64,000 nt of DNA from a bacterium (lineage in GTDB: Bacteria > Patescibacteriota > Minisyncoccia > UBA6257 > 02-FULL-45-10c). The stretch's first letter is position 1; every line of letters begins with the position of its first letter. Under the pieces are notes generated by a model. It was given only the letters and a program-made list of their open reading frames with translations, made no database searches and was not told the DNA's origin. Below, in pieces: positions 45,397 through 54,260 of the stretch. The position numbers and the translations under genes were made by a program. The stretch lies in the NCBI GenBank assembly GCA_030646915.1, contig JAUSKT010000014.1, forward strand, positions 30,409-94,408, given 5' to 3'.

Positions 45397-45646
45397 GCTT
45401 AATCTTTTTTAACATAAAACCCGCCACTAGGAGCCTTGCGGCTTATACGGGTTTCCCCATATAACGCAGGACGCGCCCTAATGACGGGTTTGATGCGTCC
45501 TGCTTTGTGCCATGCCCTATATTATAGAGTTTAGGCAATTCAGTTGTTATTTAACAGATTAACATTATTGGCCTTAAATTGGAAGATTTAGCTTGAAAAA
45601 TGGGGTTAAATGAGGTAAAATTAATTATATTTAAATAGATATTAAT

Positions 45647-46930
45647 ATGAAAAATGAAGATTTAGAACGAATTTATAAATCATTTATTGACGATCAACGA
45701 CCATTTGAATTTTTTAAGGGAGTTGCTGAATATTTAGATTATATATTTGGAGTTCCTTCGCTAAGGGTAATTTTTACCAAACAATTAGAAAAAAGGAATG
45801 CTGAATACGAACAAGGGCAGAAGCTCGAAAAACTAGCAATAACCGAAATACGAAATGCAAAACATAAAATTGAAAAAATTTTCAAAAAAAGAAAGGTAGA
45901 TACTAAAACGTTAAAACGTTTTGAAACCCATTCACCACTTGACGATTATAATTTTGGCATTATGCAAGAATGGGAAGACTATAATAGTGGAAAATTAAAA
46001 GTGATTCGTGGCGGGCATTTCAGGTGCAACCGACTTTCCGATGATATTAATGACCTCGTTGGCGACATGGCGTCCAATTTATATAGTCTTGGATATAAAA
46101 AAGATTTAAAGGAATTTCTTGTTTCTGACGAAGAGTATAAGAAATACTACCGAAGAATAGCCCCACCAAATACCATTTCTAGAACTAGCAATCCTCACGG
46201 GAATTTTATATTTTCACAAACATTACCAGCACGATGGGAAATTGAACATTTAATTGAAACAGAGCGATATACTGAACCGTGGGGTGCTTTTGAAAAGCTA
46301 TATCAATTTTGGCGAGCTCATAAAAATATAAGAGAAAATAACATCAATGCGTCGTTGGAAGAAATGAAAAAAGTTAAGGATAGCCAGTATCTTATAGAAA
46401 TAGATAAAGTAGATGTCCGATTTATGCAGATTGATTTTCAAAATTTACTTGGCGATCAATCAAGTTGGTACAAATACAGTATTTCTACATGGAAACCCAA
46501 TCACCTTAAAGTTGATCAAATTAAATCAGCGACTAAAACGGTTCATAATATTTTGATGTGCGTTTCTGAGGAAGTGGTTATTTCTGGAGAAAAGTTAATT
46601 AAGGGTTCAATAAAAATGGATTTTGATTCTCAAAATGGCGTAATACGCTGTGGAGAGATTAAACCATACTCGTTTCATAGAGGTTTAAAAGGAAATAAGC
46701 CATTGCTGCAATTATTTAGAAAATTATGGGACGAAAGACGACACATTCTTAAAGGAAGAGAACGAAAGAAAGGTGAGTCCTTCCCACTAGAAGCATTGGC
46801 AAGCCAAATTAATGTGGAATCCGTCACGGTTCCTGATAAATTAAAGAGTATTAGTAGAATGCTAAAGACAAGAAAGTTCCCCGCGAGGATAGAAAGAAAA
46901 AATGGCGCACTATTAATCGTTGAAGAATAA
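45647..46930 (+). CDS. hypothetical protein (427 aa)
   Basis: long ORF with its own terminator; no family recognised. Confidence 0.5.
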   Translation: MKNEDLERIYKSFIDDQRPFEFFKGVAEYLDYIFGVPSLRVIFTKQLEKRNAEYEQGQKLEKLAITEIRNAKHKIEKIFKKRKVDTKTLKRFETHSPLDDYNFGIMQEWEDYNSGKLKVIRGGHFRCNRLSDDINDLVGDMASNLYSLGYKKDLKEFLVSDEEYKKYYRRIAPPNTISRTSNPHGNFIFSQTLPARWEIEHLIETERYTEPWGAFEKLYQFWRAHKNIRENNINASLEEMKKVKDSQYLIEIDKVDVRFMQIDFQNLLGDQSSWYKYSISTWKPNHLKVDQIKSATKTVHNILMCVSEEVVISGEKLIKGSIKMDFDSQNGVIRCGEIKPYSFHRGLKGNKPLLQLFRKLWDERRHILKGRERKKGESFPLEALASQINVESVTVPDKLKSISRMLKTRKFPARIERKNGALLIVEE

Positions 46931-46962
46931 TGGTTAGGTGGTAAAAAGAGAGTAATAAATTG

Positions 46963-46993
46963 CACCCGCAACTTGCGGGTGTGTTTATTTTTT
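46963..46993 (+). terminator. rho-independent terminator
   Basis: CACCCGC-AACTT-GCGGGTG followed by TGTTTATTTTTT. Confidence 0.75.
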
Positions 46994-47050
46994 GGGGCAA
47001 TTTTTTTGCACCCCAATTTTGGAGTGAGTGGTGTGTGAAAATTAAGATAT

Positions 47051-47320
47051 ATGGAAATAAAAAAAGACTCAGATAGATATTTCAGAAGCAGTTCATTCCC
47101 CTTAGCCGTATTCTTATTTGCTAGGGGTGAGCAAATTGCTGGAATTAATCATACTGACAATCCAAATAAAAAGGAATTTGCTTTTGTTCATACGGATCGT
47201 TTGAACGAATTGTGTGAGATTTATAAATTTGGAAAAGATGAAGACGTAGAATTATTAGTCCCAATTCGTTTGGTTGAGCAAGCCCGTCGCCAATTATTAG
47301 ACCGTCTTAATGACGCTTGA
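47051..47320 (+). CDS. DUF5659-like small protein
   Basis: 89 aa; FPLAVFLFARGEQIAGI...KEFAFVHTDRLNEL pattern resembles DUF5659. Confidence 0.55.
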   Translation: MEIKKDSDRYFRSSSFPLAVFLFARGEQIAGINHTDNPNKKEFAFVHTDRLNELCEIYKFGKDEDVELLVPIRLVEQARRQLLDRLNDA

Positions 47321-47523
47321 TTTTGATTATGCGAGATAGACAAACAAAACTCAAAGTAATCTATAAGCCGCCGGAGGAGGTGACACCGGAGATGGAGCGT
47401 TCGGTAGCGCGGGCGTATGAAGTAATATTTGAGGCGGTGATGCGGAATCGCCAAGCCAAAGCAATTAAAATGTCGGAAATAAAAATGAATTATGAAAATG
47501 AATATACAAAATTATCTAAGTAA
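47317..47523 (+). CDS. hypothetical protein (68 aa)
   Basis: ORF overlapping neighbours at both ends (operon-like). Confidence 0.4.
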   Translation: MILIMRDRQTKLKVIYKPPEEVTPEMERSVARAYEVIFEAVMRNRQAKAIKMSEIKMNYENEYTKLSK

Positions 47524-49132
47524 AATTAAAGAGGTCTTCCAAAAAAATAATATAGCTTTTAATGAATCGGGCGGCGATTTAGTGATTCAATGTCCTTTTT
47601 GTAAATATGAATTAGCCACCTTATCCATTAAAGAGTCCGGATGCGAGTGTTTTAATTGCGCGAAACAGGCGGGAATTGATGAATTATTTGGAAAGCTTGG
47701 TTTAGATATTAAATCAATAAAAATCAATGAAGAACAAAAAGAAAAATCAAAAAAGAATGTACAAATTAAAAGCGAAGGCAAATCAAGGTTTGTTGCTTCT
47801 GAAATCTTGCCGGATGGGCGAATAATTGAAATGGTTTATAAGCCGGAATATCGTATAACCCAATTCGCAGTTTTTAATGGAGGTGAAATTGAATATCTTG
47901 ATAAGATTGAATTGCCCCACGAAATCTTTTTACCTTACCCGGCAACTAATCATTTAATTTCAAAAAAAGTAATCAAATTTCCTTCAGAAGCTGAAGAATA
48001 TGGGGATGACAAAGCATTGGTACAAAACATTCAAAAATTCATTCATAGATATTTAGATATTAGCCCCTTCTTTGAAAAGATAGCTGCTTACTACGTAGTT
48101 TTTACTTGGATATACGACCAATTCAATGAATTGGCCTATTTAAGGGCCCTAGGCGACTATGGGAGTGGTAAATCGAGGCTTTTACAGGTAGTTGGCTCTT
48201 TATGTTATAAACCGATGTTTGTTGGCGGCGCGACAACTACATCGCCAATTTTTAGGATAATTGACGGATTTAAAGGGACACTAATTCTGGATGAAGCAGA
48301 TTATCGTTTTAGCGATACAACGGTAGAAATAATTAAGATTTTAAATAGCGGTTATCAAAAAGGAAGCCCAATTCTTCGTTCAGAGGGAAAGGGAACTTAT
48401 GAAGTAAAATCGTATGATGTATTTTGCCCAAAAATCATTGGTACCCGTAAGCATTTTTATGATTCCGCGTTAGAAAGCCGTTTCTTGATAGAGGAGATGG
48501 AGAAAAAAGAATTAAGGGAAGATATTCCGATAAATTTGCCGGATTCTTTTGAGGAAGAAACTAAAAATTTAAGAAATCAATTATTAATGTGGCGGTTTAG
48601 AAATATTGGGAAAACTAAACTAAAGCCCGAAGATATTGATAGAACCCTAGAACCACGGTTGAATCAGATTATTATGCCGCTTCTTAGTATCATTAACGAT
48701 CCTCAAGCCAAAATTGAATTAAAAGAATTTGTAAAGGAATATAATGATCAACTGATCACTGATAGGGGAATGAGTTTGGAATCAGAGATATTAGAAGCGT
48801 TATTTAATTGTTTTTATGCCGGTTATTCTGAGCCAACTATAAAACAAATTTCTGATACTTATAATGCCGGGCTAGACCAAAAAGAGAAACTAAATCCGCG
48901 AAAGATTGGCGGAATCTTGAATAAGCAATTGAAACTAAAATCTAGAAGAACAAGAGATGGCTACATAATTTCTGAATCAGAAAATAAAGCAAGATTATTA
49001 CCCCTAAAAAGGAAGTTTGGAATTTTAGAAGAAAAGGTCGTTTCGGTGAACAATGTGAATGTTGTGAATGTCCCAGAGGAACAAAAAGAAGAGATAATTG
49101 GTAAAGAAATTGATACTTCTAATCTATTTTAG
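47492..49132 (+). CDS. zinc-finger / P-loop NTPase (primase-associated replication ATPase-like)
   Basis: N-terminal CPFC...CFNC zinc finger; Walker A GDYGSGKS; Walker B LILDEADY. Confidence 0.6.
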   Translation: MKMNIQNYLSKIKEVFQKNNIAFNESGGDLVIQCPFCKYELATLSIKESGCECFNCAKQAGIDELFGKLGLDIKSIKINEEQKEKSKKNVQIKSEGKSRFVASEILPDGRIIEMVYKPEYRITQFAVFNGGEIEYLDKIELPHEIFLPYPATNHLISKKVIKFPSEAEEYGDDKALVQNIQKFIHRYLDISPFFEKIAAYYVVFTWIYDQFNELAYLRALGDYGSGKSRLLQVVGSLCYKPMFVGGATTTSPIFRIIDGFKGTLILDEADYRFSDTTVEIIKILNSGYQKGSPILRSEGKGTYEVKSYDVFCPKIIGTRKHFYDSALESRFLIEEMEKKELREDIPINLPDSFEEETKNLRNQLLMWRFRNIGKTKLKPEDIDRTLEPRLNQIIMPLLSIINDPQAKIELKEFVKEYNDQLITDRGMSLESEILEALFNCFYAGYSEPTIKQISDTYNAGLDQKEKLNPRKIGGILNKQLKLKSRRTRDGYIISESENKARLLPLKRKFGILEEKVVSVNNVNVVNVPEEQKEEIIGKEIDTSNLF

Positions 49133-49180
49133 GGTTAAATTGTGATATTCAATAACATTCATTATGTTCACAATGTTCAC
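49046..49180. promoter_or_regulatory. inverted sets of 9-bp iterons (candidate origin or operator)
   Basis: GTGAACAAT GTGAATGTT GTGAATGTC at 49046-49072; reverse-complement set AACATTCAT TATGTTCAC AATGTTCAC at 49154-49180. Confidence 0.55.
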
Positions 49181-49202
49181 CTATACCCTATAAGCAAAGC
49201 TT

Positions 49203-49577
49203 ATGAAATGCGAATATATAAAACAAAATAATAGCCGGTGCGGCGCTAATGCGATGACTGATAGCAAATTCTGTTTTAGCCATGATCCTGACATGGAAGT
49301 AGAAAAAAGCATCGCTGTTTTAAAAGGCGGCTATGCAACTAAAAGAGACGGCGAATTATTACCACCAGTCAAATTACAGTCAATTAACGATATTACTAGT
49401 CTTATTGAAGATACAATAAATCGTATTCGAACCGAGCCGATGACCCATCACCAAGCTAATTCCATTGGTTATCTCAGCGGCGTACTTTTAAAAGCCCTAG
49501 AAACCGGAGAACTTAAGGAAAAATTGGAATTAATCAACGGTCTTATCTTGGAACGTAAATCACAAAAGAAGAAATAA
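49203..49577 (+). CDS. hypothetical protein (124 aa)
   Basis: ORF in the element operon; N-terminal C...C...C.H cluster. Confidence 0.45.
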   Translation: MKCEYIKQNNSRCGANAMTDSKFCFSHDPDMEVEKSIAVLKGGYATKRDGELLPPVKLQSINDITSLIEDTINRIRTEPMTHHQANSIGYLSGVLLKALETGELKEKLELINGLILERKSQKKK

Positions 49578-49578
49578 T

Positions 49579-50277
49579 ATGAATAATTTAAACATCATAA
49601 AATTAGCCCCAACTTTATCTGCTAGGGAACGGGCGAAAATATTAATTACTGATTATCACAAGGTATTATCCGGAGAAAAAGCTGTTATTAGCGAACCCGA
49701 AAAACAAGCATTGTTACGATTTGAAGATAGAAATGTCTGGAAAGAATATTTGCGGTATATAGAATTTTATAAATGGGTGAATGTTTTATGGAAAAATGAA
49801 ATTAAAAATAGTGGGGTACAAATATTGGCTTTGTCTTTATATCTCAGTAGTTTTCAGAGATTTTTAGCTACTGGCACTGATGAGCACTTTTATAGGGATG
49901 GAGAGGTTAAAACCATGGTTGGTTTGGTGAAAGACCATATTAAAAACCTATTAGAATATCATCAGGCCTTGCAAGAACTGGAAGTAGAAATTGACTTAGT
50001 GCCAATGCTTAATAAGAAAGCTCATTTGGAAATAAAAAAAGCTTGGGAATTAATCGAATCATGGATTACTAAATACAATAACTTTTTTGATTTTATCCAA
50101 AAATTATTAGCTGATGAAAATGTGGAACATGAAGGATATGAATATTGTAAATCCATCCTCAAAGATAAAGAGCAATTTTTAATCATTAAACCCCCGCTGG
50201 ATAAAGCGGTCGTAAACCAACTGGTTCAGGATATGAAGGAATTAGTGGAAAGTGAGTTAGAAATTGTAGAAAAATAA
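49579..50277 (+). CDS. hypothetical protein (232 aa)
   Basis: ORF starting 2 nt after the previous stop. Confidence 0.45.
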   Translation: MNNLNIIKLAPTLSARERAKILITDYHKVLSGEKAVISEPEKQALLRFEDRNVWKEYLRYIEFYKWVNVLWKNEIKNSGVQILALSLYLSSFQRFLATGTDEHFYRDGEVKTMVGLVKDHIKNLLEYHQALQELEVEIDLVPMLNKKAHLEIKKAWELIESWITKYNNFFDFIQKLLADENVEHEGYEYCKSILKDKEQFLIIKPPLDKAVVNQLVQDMKELVESELEIVEK

Positions 50278-50314
50278 AAAATTGAGCAATTTGACATGTA
50301 AGCTATTGTAAAGT

Positions 50315-50782
50315 ATGATTAAAGTAATGAAAAAGATTAATTATAAATTACTCAGTGAACTATTTGTTCAAAAAGCTGTTAGAAAATACCTAAAAAAAGA
50401 GGACTTTGGTAAAGATTTAACAAATACTGAATTAAAAGAACACGGGGTTGATATAAAAGTAAAACATAAAGATTGCGGATGGTATTATTTAGTTGAATGT
50501 AAGGGCGATCCCAGTGCCAATGTAAAATCTATGGGTGGTTCAAGGAGTAGTTCATTAAATTCGGCTTTGGGACAAATAATTTCAAGAATGCATACGCATA
50601 GGAAATCGCTATATGGGGGATATAATTATGGCGTAGCCTTTCCCAAATCATTTGAAAAAATCGCATTAAATAAAATACCATTTTATGTTTGTAATAGATT
50701 AAGATTGAGTATTTTTATTGTTGATAATAATGGCGGCGTTGAAAAATACGACCATAGAAAATTGAGAAAAATTCAAAAATGA
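50315..50782 (+). CDS. PD-(D/E)xK-like nuclease-fold protein
   Basis: HGVDIKV...YYLVECKGD fits a D...ExK core; assignment by motif only; possible alternative start at 50327. Confidence 0.4.
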   Translation: MIKVMKKINYKLLSELFVQKAVRKYLKKEDFGKDLTNTELKEHGVDIKVKHKDCGWYYLVECKGDPSANVKSMGGSRSSSLNSALGQIISRMHTHRKSLYGGYNYGVAFPKSFEKIALNKIPFYVCNRLRLSIFIVDNNGGVEKYDHRKLRKIQK

Positions 50783-50964
50783 GAAAAATTAATCAAAAGG
50801 AATTTTATTTAGCACAAGAGCTGGCAGATAGCTTGCGAGTAAACGTGATGACGATTTATCGCTGGATTAAGGCCGGGAAATTAAAGGCGTATAAGATTGG
50901 AAAGGAGTTTAGGATTGATAAAAAAGAATTTAACCAGTTTTTAAATAAAGTTAAAACAAAATAA
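50779..50964 (+). CDS. excisionase-family helix-turn-helix DNA-binding protein
   Basis: 61 aa; LRVNVMTIYRWIKAGKLKAYKIGKEFRI matches the excisionase/MerR-type HTH; overlaps both neighbours. Confidence 0.75.
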   Translation: MRKINQKEFYLAQELADSLRVNVMTIYRWIKAGKLKAYKIGKEFRIDKKEFNQFLNKVKTK

Positions 50965-52607
50965 TGACTACCGAAATTAAAAAACCAATCAAGCTTATTG
51001 CTATCTACGCTCGCGTTTCTACTTCTCATCAAGAAGAACAGCAGACGATCAAGACACAAATCTCTGCCATTAAAGATTTTGCGAAGCAAAATGGATATAC
51101 GATTGTTCAGGAATATATGGATGACGGCTGGAGCGGTGATATGCTGGCAAGACCACAATTAGACCAGCTTCGGCAAGACGCAAAGAAAAAAATATGGGAT
51201 GGCATATTAATGTATGATCCAGACCGACTAGCACGGCGTTATTCTTATCAGGAATTAGTGATGGATGAGCTAAGGGAAGCGGGGATAGAAGTGTTATTTG
51301 TTACTACTCCAGCGCCAAAAACCGGCGAGGAAAAGATTCTTCACGGTGTTAAGGGACTATTTGCTGAATATGAGCGGGCAAAGATTTCTGAGCGTTTTCG
51401 GCTTGGCAAGTTAAGAAATATTAAAGAAGGACATTTGATTAATAGCGAAGCGCCGTATGGATATACCAAAATTAAAAAAACTGAAAAACAACCGGGATAT
51501 TATGTAATTAATCCGCAAGAAGCAGAAGTAGTTAAAAAGATTTTTACTTGGATTGCCAATGAGCGTTTAACTATTCGAAGGGTTGCAAAGAGATTACAAG
51601 AGTTAAGCATGAGACCACGAAAGAGTAAGCGCGACGTATGGAGTACGAGTACCTTATCCCATCTTTGTATTAATAAGACTTATATCGGAGAGGCATATTA
51701 TTACAAATCAATTGCAATAGTGCCAGAAAACCCGTTAAAAACGGAGAAATATCGGAAAATGAAAAAAACAAGCCGGAGAGCTAGACCCCAAGAGGATTGG
51801 ATAAAGATTCCCGCCCCGGTCATTCTTGATAGGGATTTATTCATGCGTGTCCAGCAACAACTTAAAGAAAATTTTGCGTTGTCAGATAGGAATAAAAAAA
51901 ACGATTATCTACTTTCTGGCAAGATACGATGTGTTTGTGGAAATACCAGAGCGGGGGAAGGCCCTCAACATGGGAAACATTTATATTATCGTTGCACTAA
52001 TAAGGTGAGCAGTTTTCCGTTGCCACCGAGTTGCGCAGAAAAAGGAATCAATGCGAAAATCGCTGATAGATTGGTGTGGGAAGAATTAGCAAAGCTCATG
52101 ACCTCCCCCAAATTAATGCTAAAATACACCAAACAATGGGTGGATAGCAGGCGAAAGAAACAATATAGCTCCATCAGTGATTTAGAAAGTTTAGAGAAAA
52201 AAGTTATTAAGCTTAAAGACGAAGAAGATCGCTACAATAAAGCTTATGGCGCGGGGCTTATTTCAATAGAAAAATTGAAGGAGTATTCAACATCTGTAAG
52301 AGAAAATATATCTTTACTGGAAAGCCAAGTAATCAAGACAAAAACAGAAAGGGAGCAGGCAAATACTTTTTTACCAACTTTTCAGGAAATAAAAGAATTT
52401 GCCAAAGAAGCAGGAGAAGCTCTTCAAGACTTGAATTTTGAGGAAAAACGAGCGATTATTAGGGGCACTATCGAAAAAGTCGTTGGAACACAGCAAGAAT
52501 TACAAATTAAGGGGCAAATAGCCATAAATAATATAAATTATGTCGGGTTACAGACTATCAATGGGCATAGTCGGCCTCCCAAACGTAGGAAAATCCACGC
52601 TTTTTAA
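50964..52607 (+). CDS. large serine recombinase
   Basis: N-terminal resolvase domain (IAIYARVSTSHQ with catalytic Ser), recombinase domain, zinc ribbon (CVCG...YYRC), C-terminal coiled coil. Confidence 0.9.
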   Translation: MTTEIKKPIKLIAIYARVSTSHQEEQQTIKTQISAIKDFAKQNGYTIVQEYMDDGWSGDMLARPQLDQLRQDAKKKIWDGILMYDPDRLARRYSYQELVMDELREAGIEVLFVTTPAPKTGEEKILHGVKGLFAEYERAKISERFRLGKLRNIKEGHLINSEAPYGYTKIKKTEKQPGYYVINPQEAEVVKKIFTWIANERLTIRRVAKRLQELSMRPRKSKRDVWSTSTLSHLCINKTYIGEAYYYKSIAIVPENPLKTEKYRKMKKTSRRARPQEDWIKIPAPVILDRDLFMRVQQQLKENFALSDRNKKNDYLLSGKIRCVCGNTRAGEGPQHGKHLYYRCTNKVSSFPLPPSCAEKGINAKIADRLVWEELAKLMTSPKLMLKYTKQWVDSRRKKQYSSISDLESLEKKVIKLKDEEDRYNKAYGAGLISIEKLKEYSTSVRENISLLESQVIKTKTEREQANTFLPTFQEIKEFAKEAGEALQDLNFEEKRAIIRGTIEKVVGTQQELQIKGQIAINNINYVGLQTINGHSRPPKRRKIHAF

Positions 52608-53559
52608 GGCTTTGACTAAGAATGATATTTTAATTGCTAATTATCCGTTTGCCACGATTGATCCGAATGTCGGCATAGTTCAGGTTCCAGATGAACGTTT
52701 GGATAAGCTTTCAGAAATGAGCAAATCTAAAAAGAAAATTCCGGCGATAGTGGAATTTTATGATATTGCAGGGCTAGTGAAAGGCGCTAATAAGGGGGAG
52801 GGATTAGGGAATCAATTTTTAAATCATATTAAAGAAACACAAGCTATTGTGGAGGTTTTGCGGTGTTTTCCGTCCAGTGAAATTATCCACGTGGAAAATT
52901 CCGTGGATCCTATCCGAGATTTGGAAATTTTAAATACTGAACTTGCTTTAAAAGATCTGGAGACTTTAGAAAAGAATTTTAAAAAAGTGGATGGGGAAGC
53001 GCACGCAGGAAATAAAGAAGCAAAAAAAGATTTGGAATTTTTACAGTCCGCAAAATCTGCCCTAGAAAGGGGTGAGCTTTTATCAAGTACAAATCATTCT
53101 ACTATTCGCGCGAATAAGCGAATAAGAGAATTGAATTTAATAACTGCCAAACCTCAGATTTATTTGTTAAATGGAAGCGAGGAAGATGTGTCGCATAATT
53201 TAGTTGAGAAGATAAAATCGCTTGGTGCCGATTATGTTGTTATGAATTTGGCTGGAGACGCAGACCTGTCGCCATTAATCAGAAAATCCTATCAGATTTT
53301 AAATTTAATCAGTTTTTTTACCACTGGCGAGGATGAGACTCGAGCCTGGACTATTGAAAATGGGGCTAAAGCTCCGGAAGCTGCTGGCGCGATTCATAGT
53401 GATTTTGAGAAGAAGTTTATTAGAGCGGAAGTGGTAAATTGGCAGAAGCTTTTAGAATGCGAAGGATGGTCCAAGGCAAAACAAAAAGGCGCAATGCGCC
53501 TTGAGGGTAAAGATTATGTAGCGCAGGACGGGGATGTAATGGAGATAAGGCATGGATAA
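52540..53559 (+). CDS. ychF: redox-regulated ATPase YchF
   Basis: GIVGLPNVGKSTLF P-loop, GEGLGNQFL, C-terminal TGS-like domain; may instead start at the ATG at 52561 (MGIVGLPN). Confidence 0.92.
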   Translation: MSGYRLSMGIVGLPNVGKSTLFKALTKNDILIANYPFATIDPNVGIVQVPDERLDKLSEMSKSKKKIPAIVEFYDIAGLVKGANKGEGLGNQFLNHIKETQAIVEVLRCFPSSEIIHVENSVDPIRDLEILNTELALKDLETLEKNFKKVDGEAHAGNKEAKKDLEFLQSAKSALERGELLSSTNHSTIRANKRIRELNLITAKPQIYLLNGSEEDVSHNLVEKIKSLGADYVVMNLAGDADLSPLIRKSYQILNLISFFTTGEDETRAWTIENGAKAPEAAGAIHSDFEKKFIRAEVVNWQKLLECEGWSKAKQKGAMRLEGKDYVAQDGDVMEIRHG

Positions 53560-53563
53560 AAAT

Positions 53564-53586
53564 TCCGCTCTTAACGAGCGGATTTT
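53564..53586. terminator. bidirectional rho-independent terminator
   Basis: TCCGCTC-TTAAC-GAGCGGA with T-runs on both strands. Confidence 0.75.
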
Positions 53587-53747
53587 AATTTAAATTTTTT
53601 TAATGTTTTAAGTACTAGTTCGATTTCCTTGCGTTCTCCTTTATGTTCTTTGGGATTTGGACATTCTCCCGTGGGGAAACTTTTAAATCCTCTAACGCGA
53701 TCGCCACTGGCTAATGTTTCTCCCGGCCCGTCAAAATGCATGCACAT
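53571..53747 (-). CDS. 58-aa ORF translationally coupled to the DUF2384-like gene
   Basis: hand-translated MCMHFDGPGETLASGDRVRGFKSFPTGECPNPKEHKGERKEIELVLKTLKKFKLKSAR; ATG follows the upstream TAA after a single intervening nucleotide. Confidence 0.35.
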   Translation of the reverse strand: MCMHFDGPGETLASGDRVRGFKSFPTGECPNPKEHKGERKEIELVLKTLKKFKLKSAR

Positions 53748-53748
53748 A

Positions 53749-54141
53749 TTAGGTAGCCCCGCCGCCCGTAAGAGATCTAGCTAGTTCCAGAAGTTTTTGG
53801 ATTTTGGGATCGTCTGGATTCCAATCGGTCCTATATAAAAGTTCTCCGGGTTTTTTGTTATCAAGTTGAGTGCGCGGCCGGCGAAACCATTGACGAATTC
53901 CTTCTGGATTGTAAGATCCTTTTAGTTCTTTAATTACAGATTGCAAGAATCGCAAACGCTTAGTTTCTATCTCAGTCCATGGCAATTGATTTTTAAGAAG
54001 ATTATTGCGCGGTTTCATTCTAAATATATGCCAAAATAGTCTATCGGGATGTACACTAGTTAATCCAAGCAGTAGAGGGTAGCCCAGTGTATCAGCAAGA
54101 CTAACAAGTTCATACTTATTCAGAGGTTTTTCTTTCGGCAT
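53749..54141 (-). CDS. DUF2384 (Xre/MbcA/ParS-type antitoxin toxin-binding domain)-like protein
   Basis: C-terminal IRQWFRRPRTQLDNKKPGELL...LLELARSLTGG resembles the DUF2384 pattern. Confidence 0.5.
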   Translation of the reverse strand: MPKEKPLNKYELVSLADTLGYPLLLGLTSVHPDRLFWHIFRMKPRNNLLKNQLPWTEIETKRLRFLQSVIKELKGSYNPEGIRQWFRRPRTQLDNKKPGELLYRTDWNPDDPKIQKLLELARSLTGGGAT

Positions 54142-54260
54142 TACTTATTTTAAAAAGAGCTTTACCTTAATATAGTATAAAATTTTTTAAATATCAACAT
54201 TGGCGATGAGTAGGGATTTATCAATATGCACGGCTTATAAATTTGCGATATAATTTAAGG

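Larger units (their letters stand above)
45400..52607 (+). mobile_element. integrative element (replication-type module + excisionase-like HTH + large serine recombinase); left boundary uncertain
   Basis: uninterrupted plus-strand block of hypothetical/phage-plasmid-type genes ending in a serine recombinase whose 3' end overlaps ychF. Confidence 0.6.

Noticed and set aside
45600-45640. ATGGGGTTAAAT... (MGLN...) near the left edge of the integrative element could be the displaced native 5' end of ychF, sharing GGGTTA with 52544-52549.
   Set aside because: Joining the two halves at GGGTTA yields the recombinase-tail frame (MGLQTINGHSRPP...), not the YchF frame. The shared core is only 6 nt in AT-rich DNA, so the evidence is insufficient.
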